A stretch of DNA of 64,000 bases from Promethearchaeia archaeon (GCA_029856125.1 JAHQWJ010000014.1:1-64000); one strand, 5' to 3'; numbered from the stretch's first letter, positions 47,939 through 57,881 are shown. A program made the numbers and translations. Notes: generated from the letters alone by a model not told the origin.

Positions 47939-49411
47939 TTAGATTGTTTTCATTGTTTTAAAGAGTCGTTTTGCTATCCAAAATAGAAGTCCCATCCTCC
48001 AAGTTCTCATCTTTGCTTTCACCAATCTGTAAGAGTTAACGAGATCTTTTGGGTCTAATTTGTTTTTCATTGCTAGTAAGGCCGCTGCTTTTTCAGGATT
48101 GTATTTGAGAAAGTAGAACGTATTTACTACGCCTAAAGTGTATAAGCTGTCTCCATTTTCGTAGTTATTTTTAGTTATATCGTTAAAAACTGCTTTAATT
48201 CCGAAAAATTCTCGAGAGTCCTTAATATTAGAAAGACCAAACAGTTTAACTCTGTTCTCTCCTTTAGCTCCAGACATCATGTAGAATGCATGTCGATACT
48301 TTTCTTTAGAGGTTTCAGTATAAAAGTTGTAAAAATCTTCGATTCGACCGTCAGATACCATATATTCTTGAAAAATTAAGTTCTCGCACCAACGTCCAAC
48401 ATTTAATTCAGTATCAGCCATGTCTCTCCATTTTTCCTTTAGATACCATTCTTCAACGCTAAGTCCGTCTAACTTTGAAGCTGTTTCTTTCGCAAATGAA
48501 ACGCTTTGAGAGGTCGCACTAGGATCGTCAGAATATACCGCATAGACGAAATAATCTCGCGATGGAAAAGTCCAGTGAGCATATTTCTCAAAATGTTTGT
48601 CTGAAAGCGAAAGGAAAAGCGGTTTGCTTGCATCGCTATTTTTCAGCGTTCGAAAGAACTCAATTGCCATTTTAAATGTGTGAAAACTGTATCCTACCAT
48701 CTCTAATGAAGTCTTAAGAGACGTTACTTCCATTTCTACTTCAGCGACAGCACCGAATATTCCAAAAGAGCCTATAACATCATCAAGCGATAAATCTCCT
48801 TGAGATTCGCGAGTTATAGTTTCAGTAGAACCATCTGGTTTCACAAAAACAATAGATCGTAATATATCTTTCATTGATCCATTTTTTAAGACACCCACTC
48901 CTACTTTACCAGAAGTAGCAACAAATCCGCTAACACAACTAGCTCTATAGCTAGTAGGATAACATTTTGGAGCTAATCCATATTCGAGAAGTTCTTCCAT
49001 GAGTTTTTGCCAAGAAATTCCAGCGTCACACTTAACAACCATTTTCTCTTTGTCAATATTGTGAACTTTGTTCATTCGTCGAAAATCAATTATTACACCA
49101 CCTTTAGTAGGTGTAGAAGCTGAATAACACGAAGTTCCTGCGGCTCGTAGGGTCATAGGTAATGAATATTCATCACATTTTTGCATCAATTTAGAAAGTT
49201 CTTCGGTATTACCAGGACGGATTACGTGAGTAGCTCGATATTCTTCTTTAAACTTATAGTGATACTTCGATAACAATGAAAGATCACCAGAAGTTGCTTC
49301 AATCTCGTAGATATCAGTGCTTACGTGTGGAGAGGGCATGAATTCTTCTACATCTTTTGTAAATTGTGTCTTTCCAATTTCTTCTTTTTCATCAATTTTT
49401 GCTTCATTCAT
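47939..49411 (-). CDS. FAD-binding oxidoreductase (GlcD / FAD_binding_4 type)
   Basis: VIRPGNTEE, RAAGTS, IGSFGIFG, KNKLDPKDLVN. Confidence 0.82.
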   Translation of the reverse strand: MNEAKIDEKEEIGKTQFTKDVEEFMPSPHVSTDIYEIEATSGDLSLLSKYHYKFKEEYRATHVIRPGNTEELSKLMQKCDEYSLPMTLRAAGTSCYSASTPTKGGVIIDFRRMNKVHNIDKEKMVVKCDAGISWQKLMEELLEYGLAPKCYPTSYRASCVSGFVATSGKVGVGVLKNGSMKDILRSIVFVKPDGSTETITRESQGDLSLDDVIGSFGIFGAVAEVEMEVTSLKTSLEMVGYSFHTFKMAIEFFRTLKNSDASKPLFLSLSDKHFEKYAHWTFPSRDYFVYAVYSDDPSATSQSVSFAKETASKLDGLSVEEWYLKEKWRDMADTELNVGRWCENLIFQEYMVSDGRIEDFYNFYTETSKEKYRHAFYMMSGAKGENRVKLFGLSNIKDSREFFGIKAVFNDITKNNYENGDSLYTLGVVNTFYFLKYNPEKAAALLAMKNKLDPKDLVNSYRLVKAKMRTWRMGLLFWIAKRLFKTMKTI

Positions 49412-49426
49412 CTTTTTTTCACCTCA

Positions 49427-50035
49427 TCAGTATATGGGAGGAATGGGTAGTTCTAATAAGAGCCCTAAAAGAAAGGCCCCCCACCATCCTGCTAACGTAA
49501 AGTATCCTGTCATTCTTGCGAGATTTCGTTGTCCAGAAGCCCCAAATAAGAAGCTTGCGACACCTGTCATTAATCCAAAGGCTCCAAGAATTATATGAAG
49601 CGTGTGGATCATTCCGGAATAGTTAAGTATTTCCGGTGGAGTCAAGAACATTAATAGAATAACGTTTATTATCGTTACAATCAATGCTCCTCCAGCAGCT
49701 AATCCGTGCCACATAACATATTTTGCCTCGTCATATAAGACAAGAATTGTGCCAACCGATAATGAAATTAAAGCTGGCAAACCTAGAATTAATCCTATAT
49801 GCCAACTACCAAAATCTGGGTCAAACCCAGGAGATTGATAATCACTTAGTCTAAGAGCAAATATTTCAATACCATCTAATACGATTATTACAGTCATCAA
49901 AACTCCGAATATCGTTGCCATAATCCAAATGAGAACTTTCTTTTGATCTCGTTTCCTAAAGTTCAATATTAGAATCAATGCTATAAATATTGCAACAGCT
50001 GCAACGGAAAGGATTATTTGTATTTCAGGTTCCAT
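49427..50035 (-). CDS. His-containing membrane protein, DUF420/CtaM- or cytochrome b-like
   Basis: About 6 TM; WHIG, WHG, HTLHIILG, ARMTGYFTLAGW. Confidence 0.5.
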   Translation of the reverse strand: MEPEIQIILSVAAVAIFIALILILNFRKRDQKKVLIWIMATIFGVLMTVIIVLDGIEIFALRLSDYQSPGFDPDFGSWHIGLILGLPALISLSVGTILVLYDEAKYVMWHGLAAGGALIVTIINVILLMFLTPPEILNYSGMIHTLHIILGAFGLMTGVASFLFGASGQRNLARMTGYFTLAGWWGAFLLGLLLELPIPPIY

Positions 50036-50135
50036 AATCTTTACCTTTTTTTTTTGTTTTGTTTAAATTTGTAGTTAAATTTTTGATATTTTTTATAATC
50101 ATTTATAATGCTAAATAAACCTTTTTATTCCATAA

Positions 50136-51020
50136 TCATCTTAGGATTACACCTAAAAAGACTAATAAAAATCCTAAGACCATGTAAAGTGAAGCGATCT
50201 TGAAGATTAGAAATGTAAGTTTATTCGTCGGTTTTATCAAACTTTTGATTGATAAAATTATAATAATTAACGACAATACACCCCAGATGATTCTGATAAT
50301 CCAGTTTGCGCCCAATAGCCTCGCAGCTTCGTATAGCGCTACGCTACTAAGAAACGCACTAATTGCTATTACGCGCATAGTTTGGGCTTGTGAACTTACA
50401 ATAGGCCACATAGGTACTTTTGCTTTTTTATACCCCTCAAAATTTCTAGGAATTAGCGCTATCGTAAGAATATGTACGGGTATCCAAGTAAGAATGAAGA
50501 TAAGCAATAAAAATCCAATCCAATCTAAGCTCCCGGTTATTGCAACTCTACCTGCCCAAGCAGGGAGCCCACCAGCTATCCCTCCGAAGATAATACTATA
50601 TTTAGTTCTCCTTTTCAACCAAATACTATAAATAACGACATCAAAAAAGAATCCTAAAAATACGATTAAAGCTGCTAACCAGTTGAGAGTCAAAAACGCA
50701 AGGAAAATCCCTAAAACAGTGAATATGGTTCCAAATGTAAGCACTGCGGAGGCCGTAACCTTTCCGCTCGGTAATGGTCGATCTTTTGTACGCTCCATGA
50801 TTGCGTCGATATCCCTATCTATGTACATGTTTAGTATAGTAGTACCCGATACTGCAAGATACAAAGAAATTGCTAAATGGAGTAAATTAAACCAGTTAAT
50901 TTCTACTGCTAAACTTGCAACAGTAATCAAATAAGTAAAAACGCCAGTGTAAACTAAAAGTATCGTCTGTCTCGCTTTAATAAGTTCTCCAAAGAGCGTT
51001 AATACATTTTTCAAATTCAA
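50136..51020 (-). CDS. cyoE: Protoheme IX farnesyltransferase (heme O synthase, CyoE/CtaB)
   Basis: NMYIDRDIDAIMERTKDRPLPSG, YSIWLKRRT, GGIAG, WIPVH, YKKAKVPM. Confidence 0.9.
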   Translation of the reverse strand: MNLKNVLTLFGELIKARQTILLVYTGVFTYLITVASLAVEINWFNLLHLAISLYLAVSGTTILNMYIDRDIDAIMERTKDRPLPSGKVTASAVLTFGTIFTVLGIFLAFLTLNWLAALIVFLGFFFDVVIYSIWLKRRTKYSIIFGGIAGGLPAWAGRVAITGSLDWIGFLLLIFILTWIPVHILTIALIPRNFEGYKKAKVPMWPIVSSQAQTMRVIAISAFLSSVALYEAARLLGANWIIRIIWGVLSLIIIILSIKSLIKPTNKLTFLIFKIASLYMVLGFLLVFLGVILR

Positions 51021-51204
51021 GAATATCCCCGAGCGTTAGCAATTAATATTCAGTTTATAAATGAAAGAAATACCAAATAAAAGTTGAATAGTGAAATTAA
51101 GAATGCTTAATAAAATTTTATTTCGATAAATATAAGATTAAATTAGAAAAAATAAGATTAGAAAATAGTAAGAATAGAAAAAAATAAGATTAGAAAAAAA
51201 AATT

Positions 51205-52740
51205 TTAAACGGTTTTTTCAGTAAGAATCAGAGGTTTAGAACCACTTGATCCGTGAGCCGGTGGTGGGATAGTTTTTACGTTTTTCCCAAGCGCGTATAA
51301 TCCAATGACAAAGCCTGTTAAGAGAAACCATACTCCTATAAATGTTATGGTTCGAAAGCCATCGAAATTTTCCAATGGTAGCGGACGTACCATATGTATC
51401 ATTGCGAAAGGAAACGTTAAATTAACTCCGATAAAAAATATCCAACCCAGAATTTGTTTCATCCTTCCTTTAACCTTAAAAAAGTCAATAGCATGTATCA
51501 TCAGAGCCACAGCGATCATCACTGCCAATTGGTGCCAGTGAGCAACGTTAAAATTATATTCCAGCATTACCATATCATGCAATCTATAATAACCGTCTGT
51601 AGTAAGACCAACATAGATTTGAGGGAAAACTAAAATTTCTGCAATGAAAAGAAGGTAATAATACGACAACTTTACAGGTTCCTTAAACAATGCTTTGAGC
51701 CTTGTCCCACGCGATGCGTCTCGGAAATCGTCTCCTAAATGTTCTTTAATAGTGGTCTTCATGCCAACTATTGACATAATAATCGTGACGAGGATCAATA
51801 TCCCTGCTCCCACCCATATTATGTAATGGTTTAGGACCCAAGCACCATAAGACAATGTTATAACGCCAATCGGAGTAATCGCTAAAAGATATGTATAAAG
51901 TTTACCTGACAATTTACTCGTACGGAAGGCGACCAACATTACCATAGCAGCTGATTGAGCAAGCTGTATGTGAAGGTGACCAACTATCATGTCTTGGACG
52001 ATATCATGATGTCCCCCGAATGTTATACCTTTTCTAATGATTGCTTCTGCTAAAAAGGCGATAGGTTCGCGATCTAACCCCCAAATAGTACCAGTAAAGT
52101 TTTCAATAGCGGAGAGAGCGCCATATATTGCCGAAACCATAATGCATATCGCTAAAATTACGAGATTAAAATATTCCAAATTCAACCCACGGAACGTAGA
52201 TCCATCTGGATTACTTTTTGGAAATCTACCTTTCACTGGCCAAGCGGCTATAAGAAATACTATTCCACCGACAAAGCAGAGCAGCATACCGAACGTGAAA
52301 AGCTCGTGGAAAAATCTTAGACGTGTATAGGCAAAAATCATTCCGTTTATACCTACAAGAAATGCACTAGGTATAAAAAGAATTTTTAAAGTTGGTAGCC
52401 ACTTCTGACGGATTTCGTAGTGTTCTAATATCCAGAATACGTTCGCGATAAAAAATGGTAAAGCTAACGAGTGATATATCATGACAAGTCGAGCTGTTCT
52501 TGATATTACGTCGTCGTTAAGCATCCAAGGCCAGATCGGTTCTCCACCAATTAGAACGGTTAAAGGTTCAGAGAAGGTCATATAGAACATTACTTGTATG
52601 AAGACAAATGCAAACATGATAAAGTGTATCTTCTTAAAATGCGTTTCTGGGTCAATTCTCATCTCCTGCGTTTCCATTGAAGTTTCTGCACCAGTTTCCA
52701 TTGGGACTGTTTCCGTTATTTCTGTTTCTATTTTTAACAC
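51205..52740 (-). CDS. 12-TM His-rich membrane protein, putative divergent heme-copper-oxidase subunit I-like fold
   Basis: His at the starts of TM2 (IYHS), TM6 (VGHLH) and TM10 (FNVAHWH); next to cyoE; start uncertain. Confidence 0.55.
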   Translation of the reverse strand: MLKIETEITETVPMETGAETSMETQEMRIDPETHFKKIHFIMFAFVFIQVMFYMTFSEPLTVLIGGEPIWPWMLNDDVISRTARLVMIYHSLALPFFIANVFWILEHYEIRQKWLPTLKILFIPSAFLVGINGMIFAYTRLRFFHELFTFGMLLCFVGGIVFLIAAWPVKGRFPKSNPDGSTFRGLNLEYFNLVILAICIMVSAIYGALSAIENFTGTIWGLDREPIAFLAEAIIRKGITFGGHHDIVQDMIVGHLHIQLAQSAAMVMLVAFRTSKLSGKLYTYLLAITPIGVITLSYGAWVLNHYIIWVGAGILILVTIIMSIVGMKTTIKEHLGDDFRDASRGTRLKALFKEPVKLSYYYLLFIAEILVFPQIYVGLTTDGYYRLHDMVMLEYNFNVAHWHQLAVMIAVALMIHAIDFFKVKGRMKQILGWIFFIGVNLTFPFAMIHMVRPLPLENFDGFRTITFIGVWFLLTGFVIGLYALGKNVKTIPPPAHGSSGSKPLILTEKTV

Positions 52741-53089
52741 CTTAATTTGTAATATAGATTAAAAAAGTATTTTTTTACTAATTAAATAATTATTGATTAA
52801 TATATCTTTTGTTTACCTTACTTTGTAATTTCCTTGAGCTTAGCGTAAAAGAATACGTAATTCAGAAAATAATTTTTATTAACTGCTTATAGAAAAATGG
52901 TAGAATAAAAATTTTTGATAAATTGATGCGTTTTAATCCCTAACATTTTGAATGAATTGAGTTTTATTAGTTCAATTTCATGTTTAGGATGAAGTAACCT
53001 GTAGTTCAAAAAGAAAATTAGTAGATGTCAACAAAAAAAATAAAAAGAAAAAAAAATTTATTGCAAAAATGCTTATTTATAGATTTAAT

Positions 53090-53860
53090 TTAGTCTTCTA
53101 ATTCAATACCCGGAATATTAAAGCCCCATCTTTTAGGAACAAAAGTTCCCCAAGCAAAGAATAGAACAGCTAACAGGTAAATGAATGGAAACGCTGCTAA
53201 GACTATGAATAGATATCCTTCCTCTAGAGGCGCCGCCATTTCAACAAGGGTTGCACCAGCTAATAGAACTCCAACGAGACCCATTAGAACACCTGCTATT
53301 GGGAATGCAAGCGCTGCTTTTCCGTTTTCATCTCTCGTTTGTAATGGAAGCCAAATTATTAAAATTGCACTAGGAACGTGTAAGGCCATTACTAAAATCG
53401 GTACAAGGTATGAGGGAGTGCCAAGAACTATAATCATGTTTTCATTTTTAAAGAATCCTATTACGAGGGACATAACAATTACGTAGTATAAAAGGTAATT
53501 ACCAATTTTATCCTTTTCAGGTTTCACATTTTTCCATAGACCTACGGCAAACAGTCCTACCGTTAATGCAAAAAAGACCGAGTTTACAGGATCAGTAAAA
53601 GTCCAGAAACCGGCGAGTCGGGTAATTGACATGGATCGTACGTCGACAGCAACATAGGTTATAGCGAGATGAGTATTTATCCAAAGCAAAGCGAAAGAGA
53701 TTCCCCAATAGAGATGCTCAGGTTTCCTAGTATTAAGATAGGAAGACAAAAGAAATAACGCAAAAATAACAGAGATAATTGCTGCTATCCATAAGACAAT
53801 CTCAATTGCTTGACCCCATTCATAGAACGAGAATTCCCAGGGAGTTGCAAATAACACCAT
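53090..53860 (-). CDS. Hypothetical 7-TM membrane protein
   Basis: About 7 hydrophobic helices; GTGA RBS. Confidence 0.7.
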   Translation of the reverse strand: MVLFATPWEFSFYEWGQAIEIVLWIAAIISVIFALFLLSSYLNTRKPEHLYWGISFALLWINTHLAITYVAVDVRSMSITRLAGFWTFTDPVNSVFFALTVGLFAVGLWKNVKPEKDKIGNYLLYYVIVMSLVIGFFKNENMIIVLGTPSYLVPILVMALHVPSAILIIWLPLQTRDENGKAALAFPIAGVLMGLVGVLLAGATLVEMAAPLEEGYLFIVLAAFPFIYLLAVLFFAWGTFVPKRWGFNIPGIELED

Positions 53861-54117
53861 TTTATTTCATCACTTATTTGTTTTTTTTTTAATTTAATTT
53901 TATATTTATTTAAAAAAATTGTTTTTGATGTATTTTTTAAATAATAGTTAATATTAGAAAGAAGGTTCTATATAAAAGTTTGTGATTGAAAGAGCTACTG
54001 AATGATAATTCAAAATAAGAATAAATCTTTAAATAGTAGTTGACATCCTACTATATACTAATAGAAATTTATCTATTAGTTTAAAAAATATACAAAAAAA
54101 ATATATTAAAAAAATAG

Positions 54118-54888
54118 TTGGTGTTTAAAACGCGGATAAAACGATCTGATTTGATATTTAATTTAATAATATTAGCTCTTTTTGCGGTTGTTGCGGCTAC
54201 TCAGCTTTTAAGTGCTTATGGTGCGATATGTGTAGTGTGGGATATTCCTTCAGGTATGCCTTCTCCACCGTTTCCAGCAGACCATACATATTGGGATATG
54301 TTTTCATATGCAGGTACTTTTAGTTGGATTTATCAACCTTCGAATATAATAACCTGGATTATAGCATTTGCTTATGGCTTTTTGATTTACTCGTATTTTA
54401 CAAAAATGCCTTGGAAGCGTTTCTTTATAATTGCTATGGTTGTCGCCTTCTTAGGATTTATTACTGGACTTCTCCCCGCACTTGTCTCAGATACTGCTGG
54501 ATTCAGTGAAGCTTTTGACTTTGGTTCACCAAATTGGGGACGAACAATAGGAAATGCATTAATGTTAGTTGTACTTCTAGCGATGAACTTTGTGCCAAGG
54601 TTAAAGGTAGCAACCAAAAGTTTTATCGAAGAACGAAGTGTAGCTGGACAATATGTAAAACAATTAATTTTAATGTCCTTGTTTTTCTTCTGGTTAGGAG
54701 CTGCCTCATTCCTCGGAACAACTTTTATGGCAAATGCACATGTTGTTGGTGGAATCAATGTTTGGACAACTGTTGATATTCAATTTGTTGGTGGTGTAGT
54801 TACGTCACTCATCGGGGCTTCAATGTTGTCAACCGCCCTGATTTACAATCAAATTCGACCATCTTCAGCACTCATAACAACAAAGTAA
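54118..54888 (+). CDS. Hypothetical multi-pass membrane protein
   Basis: About 6 TM; long T-tract downstream; start uncertain. Confidence 0.7.
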   Translation: MVFKTRIKRSDLIFNLIILALFAVVAATQLLSAYGAICVVWDIPSGMPSPPFPADHTYWDMFSYAGTFSWIYQPSNIITWIIAFAYGFLIYSYFTKMPWKRFFIIAMVVAFLGFITGLLPALVSDTAGFSEAFDFGSPNWGRTIGNALMLVVLLAMNFVPRLKVATKSFIEERSVAGQYVKQLILMSLFFFWLGAASFLGTTFMANAHVVGGINVWTTVDIQFVGGVVTSLIGASMLSTALIYNQIRPSSALITTK

Positions 54889-54949
54889 ACGCAGTAACAA
54901 AAGAGATATTATTAATAATGTAGCATTCCGCAAGTGATTGGAGTGTTTA

Positions 54950-55005
54950 ATTTTTTTTTCTTTTTTTATTTTTTTATTTTTTTATTTTTTCTCATATTTT
55001 TTTTC
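54950..55005 (+). terminator. Oligo-T archaeal terminator tract
   Basis: Several T7-T9 runs after the 54118-54888 gene. Confidence 0.4.
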
Positions 55006-55613
55006 AGATGTTTTCTATTCGCCGTTTATTGACTTAAACTATCTATCCAACTATCGAAAAAGAATTGCCTTTTAATTTAATAGCAAGAATATAAAATATT
55101 GGGTCTAAGACGTGTTATTTATTAGTGGTTTTTACATTTTTCAAATACTTCTTTTTATTACATTTAACAATTTCATTATAGTTATAATCTCTTCCTTAGA
55201 GCAATTAATCATACCGAAAATGATTAAATAAGTTTTAAAAATGACTATAATCCATGTTATCTTAACAATTTTTGGATATTGTATCATTCATTAAAAGAAT
55301 TCAAGATAGTTTCTTCTAAAAGAAAATTAGAACAAAGAATTTGAAAAATGGTTGAAAATGTTGTTAATCAATATAGTATTGATGATATTGTATTGGTAAT
55401 TGACTATTCATATGTTAAATCGTAAAATTTGACCTTAATTTTCTCTTTTAACTATAGAAAAGATGGATTATTTGATGATTTATATAAAGAATTATATTTC
55501 GTATTAAAACAAGAGGGAAAAAATTGTGGTATTATGTAAAATTCTAAAACTAATTGTAAGTAAAAAAGTAAGAAAATAAAACAGGTAAAAAAATTTGTTT
55601 ATTTTTAATTTGT

Positions 55614-56297
55614 TTAATGTTTGCCTTTTACTTCTAATTTTGGCGCGTTTTTTTGACCTAACTTCGGTAAGGTAAAAAGTAACACAAGTACTATGATCGT
55701 CGAGACAGTTGCAGGAATTGCAGCTTCAGCGAAGGTTAGATGTGGGTTATAGTATGGTAGTCCAACGTAATAATGCTCTGTTAGGACTCCCCCGAGGGAA
55801 CAAGTAGCAGATAGAGTAATATTAGTCCGACCTTCACCTAGATATGGTACCACTAATCCGGTATTTTTGTCTATCGGTGCATCCTCTACCACTTCTCCGG
55901 TTTTCTGGAGTCCTGGAAGATTAAGGTAATAACGAGCTATTGTGTGTGAGACTGTAATTTCAGTTATATCGGTTGGTTGTTCAGTGTAGACAAACGTATA
56001 ATTAGGCGCTACTGAAGGAAGTACAGCAAGAGCATAATTATCCTGATCATCGTAATATGTGTTATGATCGTGATCTTCCCACACTTGTGTGATATTAACC
56101 CACACTTCGATTGTTATTATATAATGATAATGAGGATCCGAAACTCCGTGGGTATATTGAACGCTAAGTAGTTCCGTATTAGTATCGTATTCCATATCTA
56201 TGTTTATAGGAGGATGCGCTCTCACGTTGAGAACGCTCATCGTAACACCGAGGATTAAAAAAACGGACAAAACATAAAATATTTTTTTTTTTGACAT
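55614..56297 (-). CDS. Secreted, membrane-anchored putative metal-binding protein
   Basis: Signal peptide ending VRA, then HPP; THGVSDPHYHY; ATCSLGG; C-terminal TM helix with basic tail. Confidence 0.65.
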   Translation of the reverse strand: MSKKKIFYVLSVFLILGVTMSVLNVRAHPPINIDMEYDTNTELLSVQYTHGVSDPHYHYIITIEVWVNITQVWEDHDHNTYYDDQDNYALAVLPSVAPNYTFVYTEQPTDITEITVSHTIARYYLNLPGLQKTGEVVEDAPIDKNTGLVVPYLGEGRTNITLSATCSLGGVLTEHYYVGLPYYNPHLTFAEAAIPATVSTIIVLVLLFTLPKLGQKNAPKLEVKGKH

Positions 56298-56468
56298 CTT
56301 AATTCGGGTTTTTTTTTAAATTATAAATTTATGAATTGTTAAAATAGTTTAGCAATTTAATATTTTACTTTTTTCAAACCTACTCGACGCTTTAATCACA
56401 TATAAACAATATTTGGTCGTTGAGCAAAAAAAAAAGAAAAGAAAACTGAGTAACACTTTTTAGTATCG

Positions 56469-57881
56469 TTATTCTATAACGAGAGGAATAATATTTTCAG
56501 AGAATTTTTCCCGTTTAAATATTGCCTGGTATACGATTAAGCCTAAGAACAGTAGTACATCAAAAAAGAGAAGGAATAGGCCTCCCAGAATTATGGATTT
56601 TAAAACTAATTCGCCAGCGGCATCGGTTGGTGATCTTAAAAAATAAAAAGCTGCTGCGGGAAAAGCGAGCAACATGCTTGCAAACAATGACCATCCTATG
56701 ATCTTCCGTAATATGTTTTTAGGGATTAAGTTGTGGATTATTAGGCAAAAAACTACGATTGCTCCGAGAGTAATAAGAATGTGGGGGTGTCCAGTAGCAA
56801 AATTGCGTTCAACTACGTAATTAGATAGGTCGCGATAAGTTTCAAGGTCTGCTACGATAACCATGCCAGGTATTACCACAATTATGCCGGCTAAGAAAAA
56901 TGGAACGAACATGCTTAATCTCAATGGGTTTTTTAAAACTGCTGTAATTTTAGAGCTAAGAGAGGAAGAATTATATCCCGAACCGATCTCTTCTTTCGCT
57001 ACTTCTCTCCACCCGTAAACAGCAATTATCACGCCTGTAAACAAAATTAACGCTCGAGCTGGCATTAGAATGGCATTTGCAGCTTTACCCATAACAAGCA
57101 CGAGGAAGTAACCTACTGTCATAGCAATTACACCAGGCAAAAGTAACCAAAGACCAATCTTAGCTAATCTACCTTTAACTCCCGTATATCTAAAAATCAG
57201 AATTAAGACTCCAGTTAACAATAACGCATTCATTAACCGCATGTGGAAACTGGCGAGTTCTTGAAACAATTCCTTGGGAGTCACTCGATCTAAATATGCT
57301 ATTTCCACTAGGAAAAATTGTTCGTCGATTTCCAGCATTATGATTGCAGCGACAGCTCCAAATATTGCAAATACTATCATGCTTCCGATGACAATTACGG
57401 CACTTAAGTGTAGGATATTGAAACCAGCAATTTTAGGAATGTCCCGATAATATTCACTTTCTTTTACTTCTTTTCCAGGAATTAAACCGTAAACCAACAA
57501 CACAGCACAGGCAAATAAGAGGCTAAGACCAACTAAGAACACATGATGTAAAAGAAAATTATCAGAATATGCCCAAAAAATAGCACCAATACCCCCACAA
57601 ATTCCACCTATAGCAGCCATGTACTTAATTGGTTTAATTACCCTCGATCGCATTTCGATTACGTCTAAAAATAAAAGCGTTACAATTCCAATGAACGGCG
57701 TTGACATGGAGTGGTAGGTCATAATTACTCTATGGGCTTTGTGATGCACAACTGGCGTGTAGTAAAAAGGCCAAGCGCTATAAAGCATATGATACGAAAA
57801 CGCAATAGAAAGGTTAATTACGATAATAACTGATAATAGTAAGATAAGTAATTTATTGGAAAATTTCCATTTAATTTCGAT
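56469..57881 (-). CDS. 12-TM membrane protein, paralogue of 51205-52740 (apparent ATC start)
   Basis: IMTYHS, LLHHVF, ASFHMR, FATGHPH align with the paralogue; frame open 31 codons upstream of ATG 57788 to an ATC 6 nt after AAGGTGA, adding TM1. Confidence 0.6.
   Translation of the reverse strand: MEIKWKFSNKLLILLLSVIIVINLSIAFSYHMLYSAWPFYYTPVVHHKAHRVIMTYHSMSTPFIGIVTLLFLDVIEMRSRVIKPIKYMAAIGGICGGIGAIFWAYSDNFLLHHVFLVGLSLLFACAVLLVYGLIPGKEVKESEYYRDIPKIAGFNILHLSAVIVIGSMIVFAIFGAVAAIIMLEIDEQFFLVEIAYLDRVTPKELFQELASFHMRLMNALLLTGVLILIFRYTGVKGRLAKIGLWLLLPGVIAMTVGYFLVLVMGKAANAILMPARALILFTGVIIAVYGWREVAKEEIGSGYNSSSLSSKITAVLKNPLRLSMFVPFFLAGIIVVIPGMVIVADLETYRDLSNYVVERNFATGHPHILITLGAIVVFCLIIHNLIPKNILRKIIGWSLFASMLLAFPAAAFYFLRSPTDAAGELVLKSIILGGLFLLFFDVLLFLGLIVYQAIFKREKFSENIIPLVIE

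Noticed and set aside
51130-51200. Three ATAAGATTA repeats as a CRISPR or iteron array
   Set aside because: Short, irregularly spaced and low complexity; consistent with a T-rich terminator on the minus strand; no cas genes.
51205-52740. Calling this a canonical cytochrome c oxidase or NorB
   Set aside because: It lacks HPxVY/HLWVE, the TM7 HH pair and a subunit II gene; it is reported only as a divergent HCO-like candidate.
53090-53860. 7-TM protein as a rhodopsin
   Set aside because: No retinal-binding Lys within helix 7 and no recognisable helix-3 motif.
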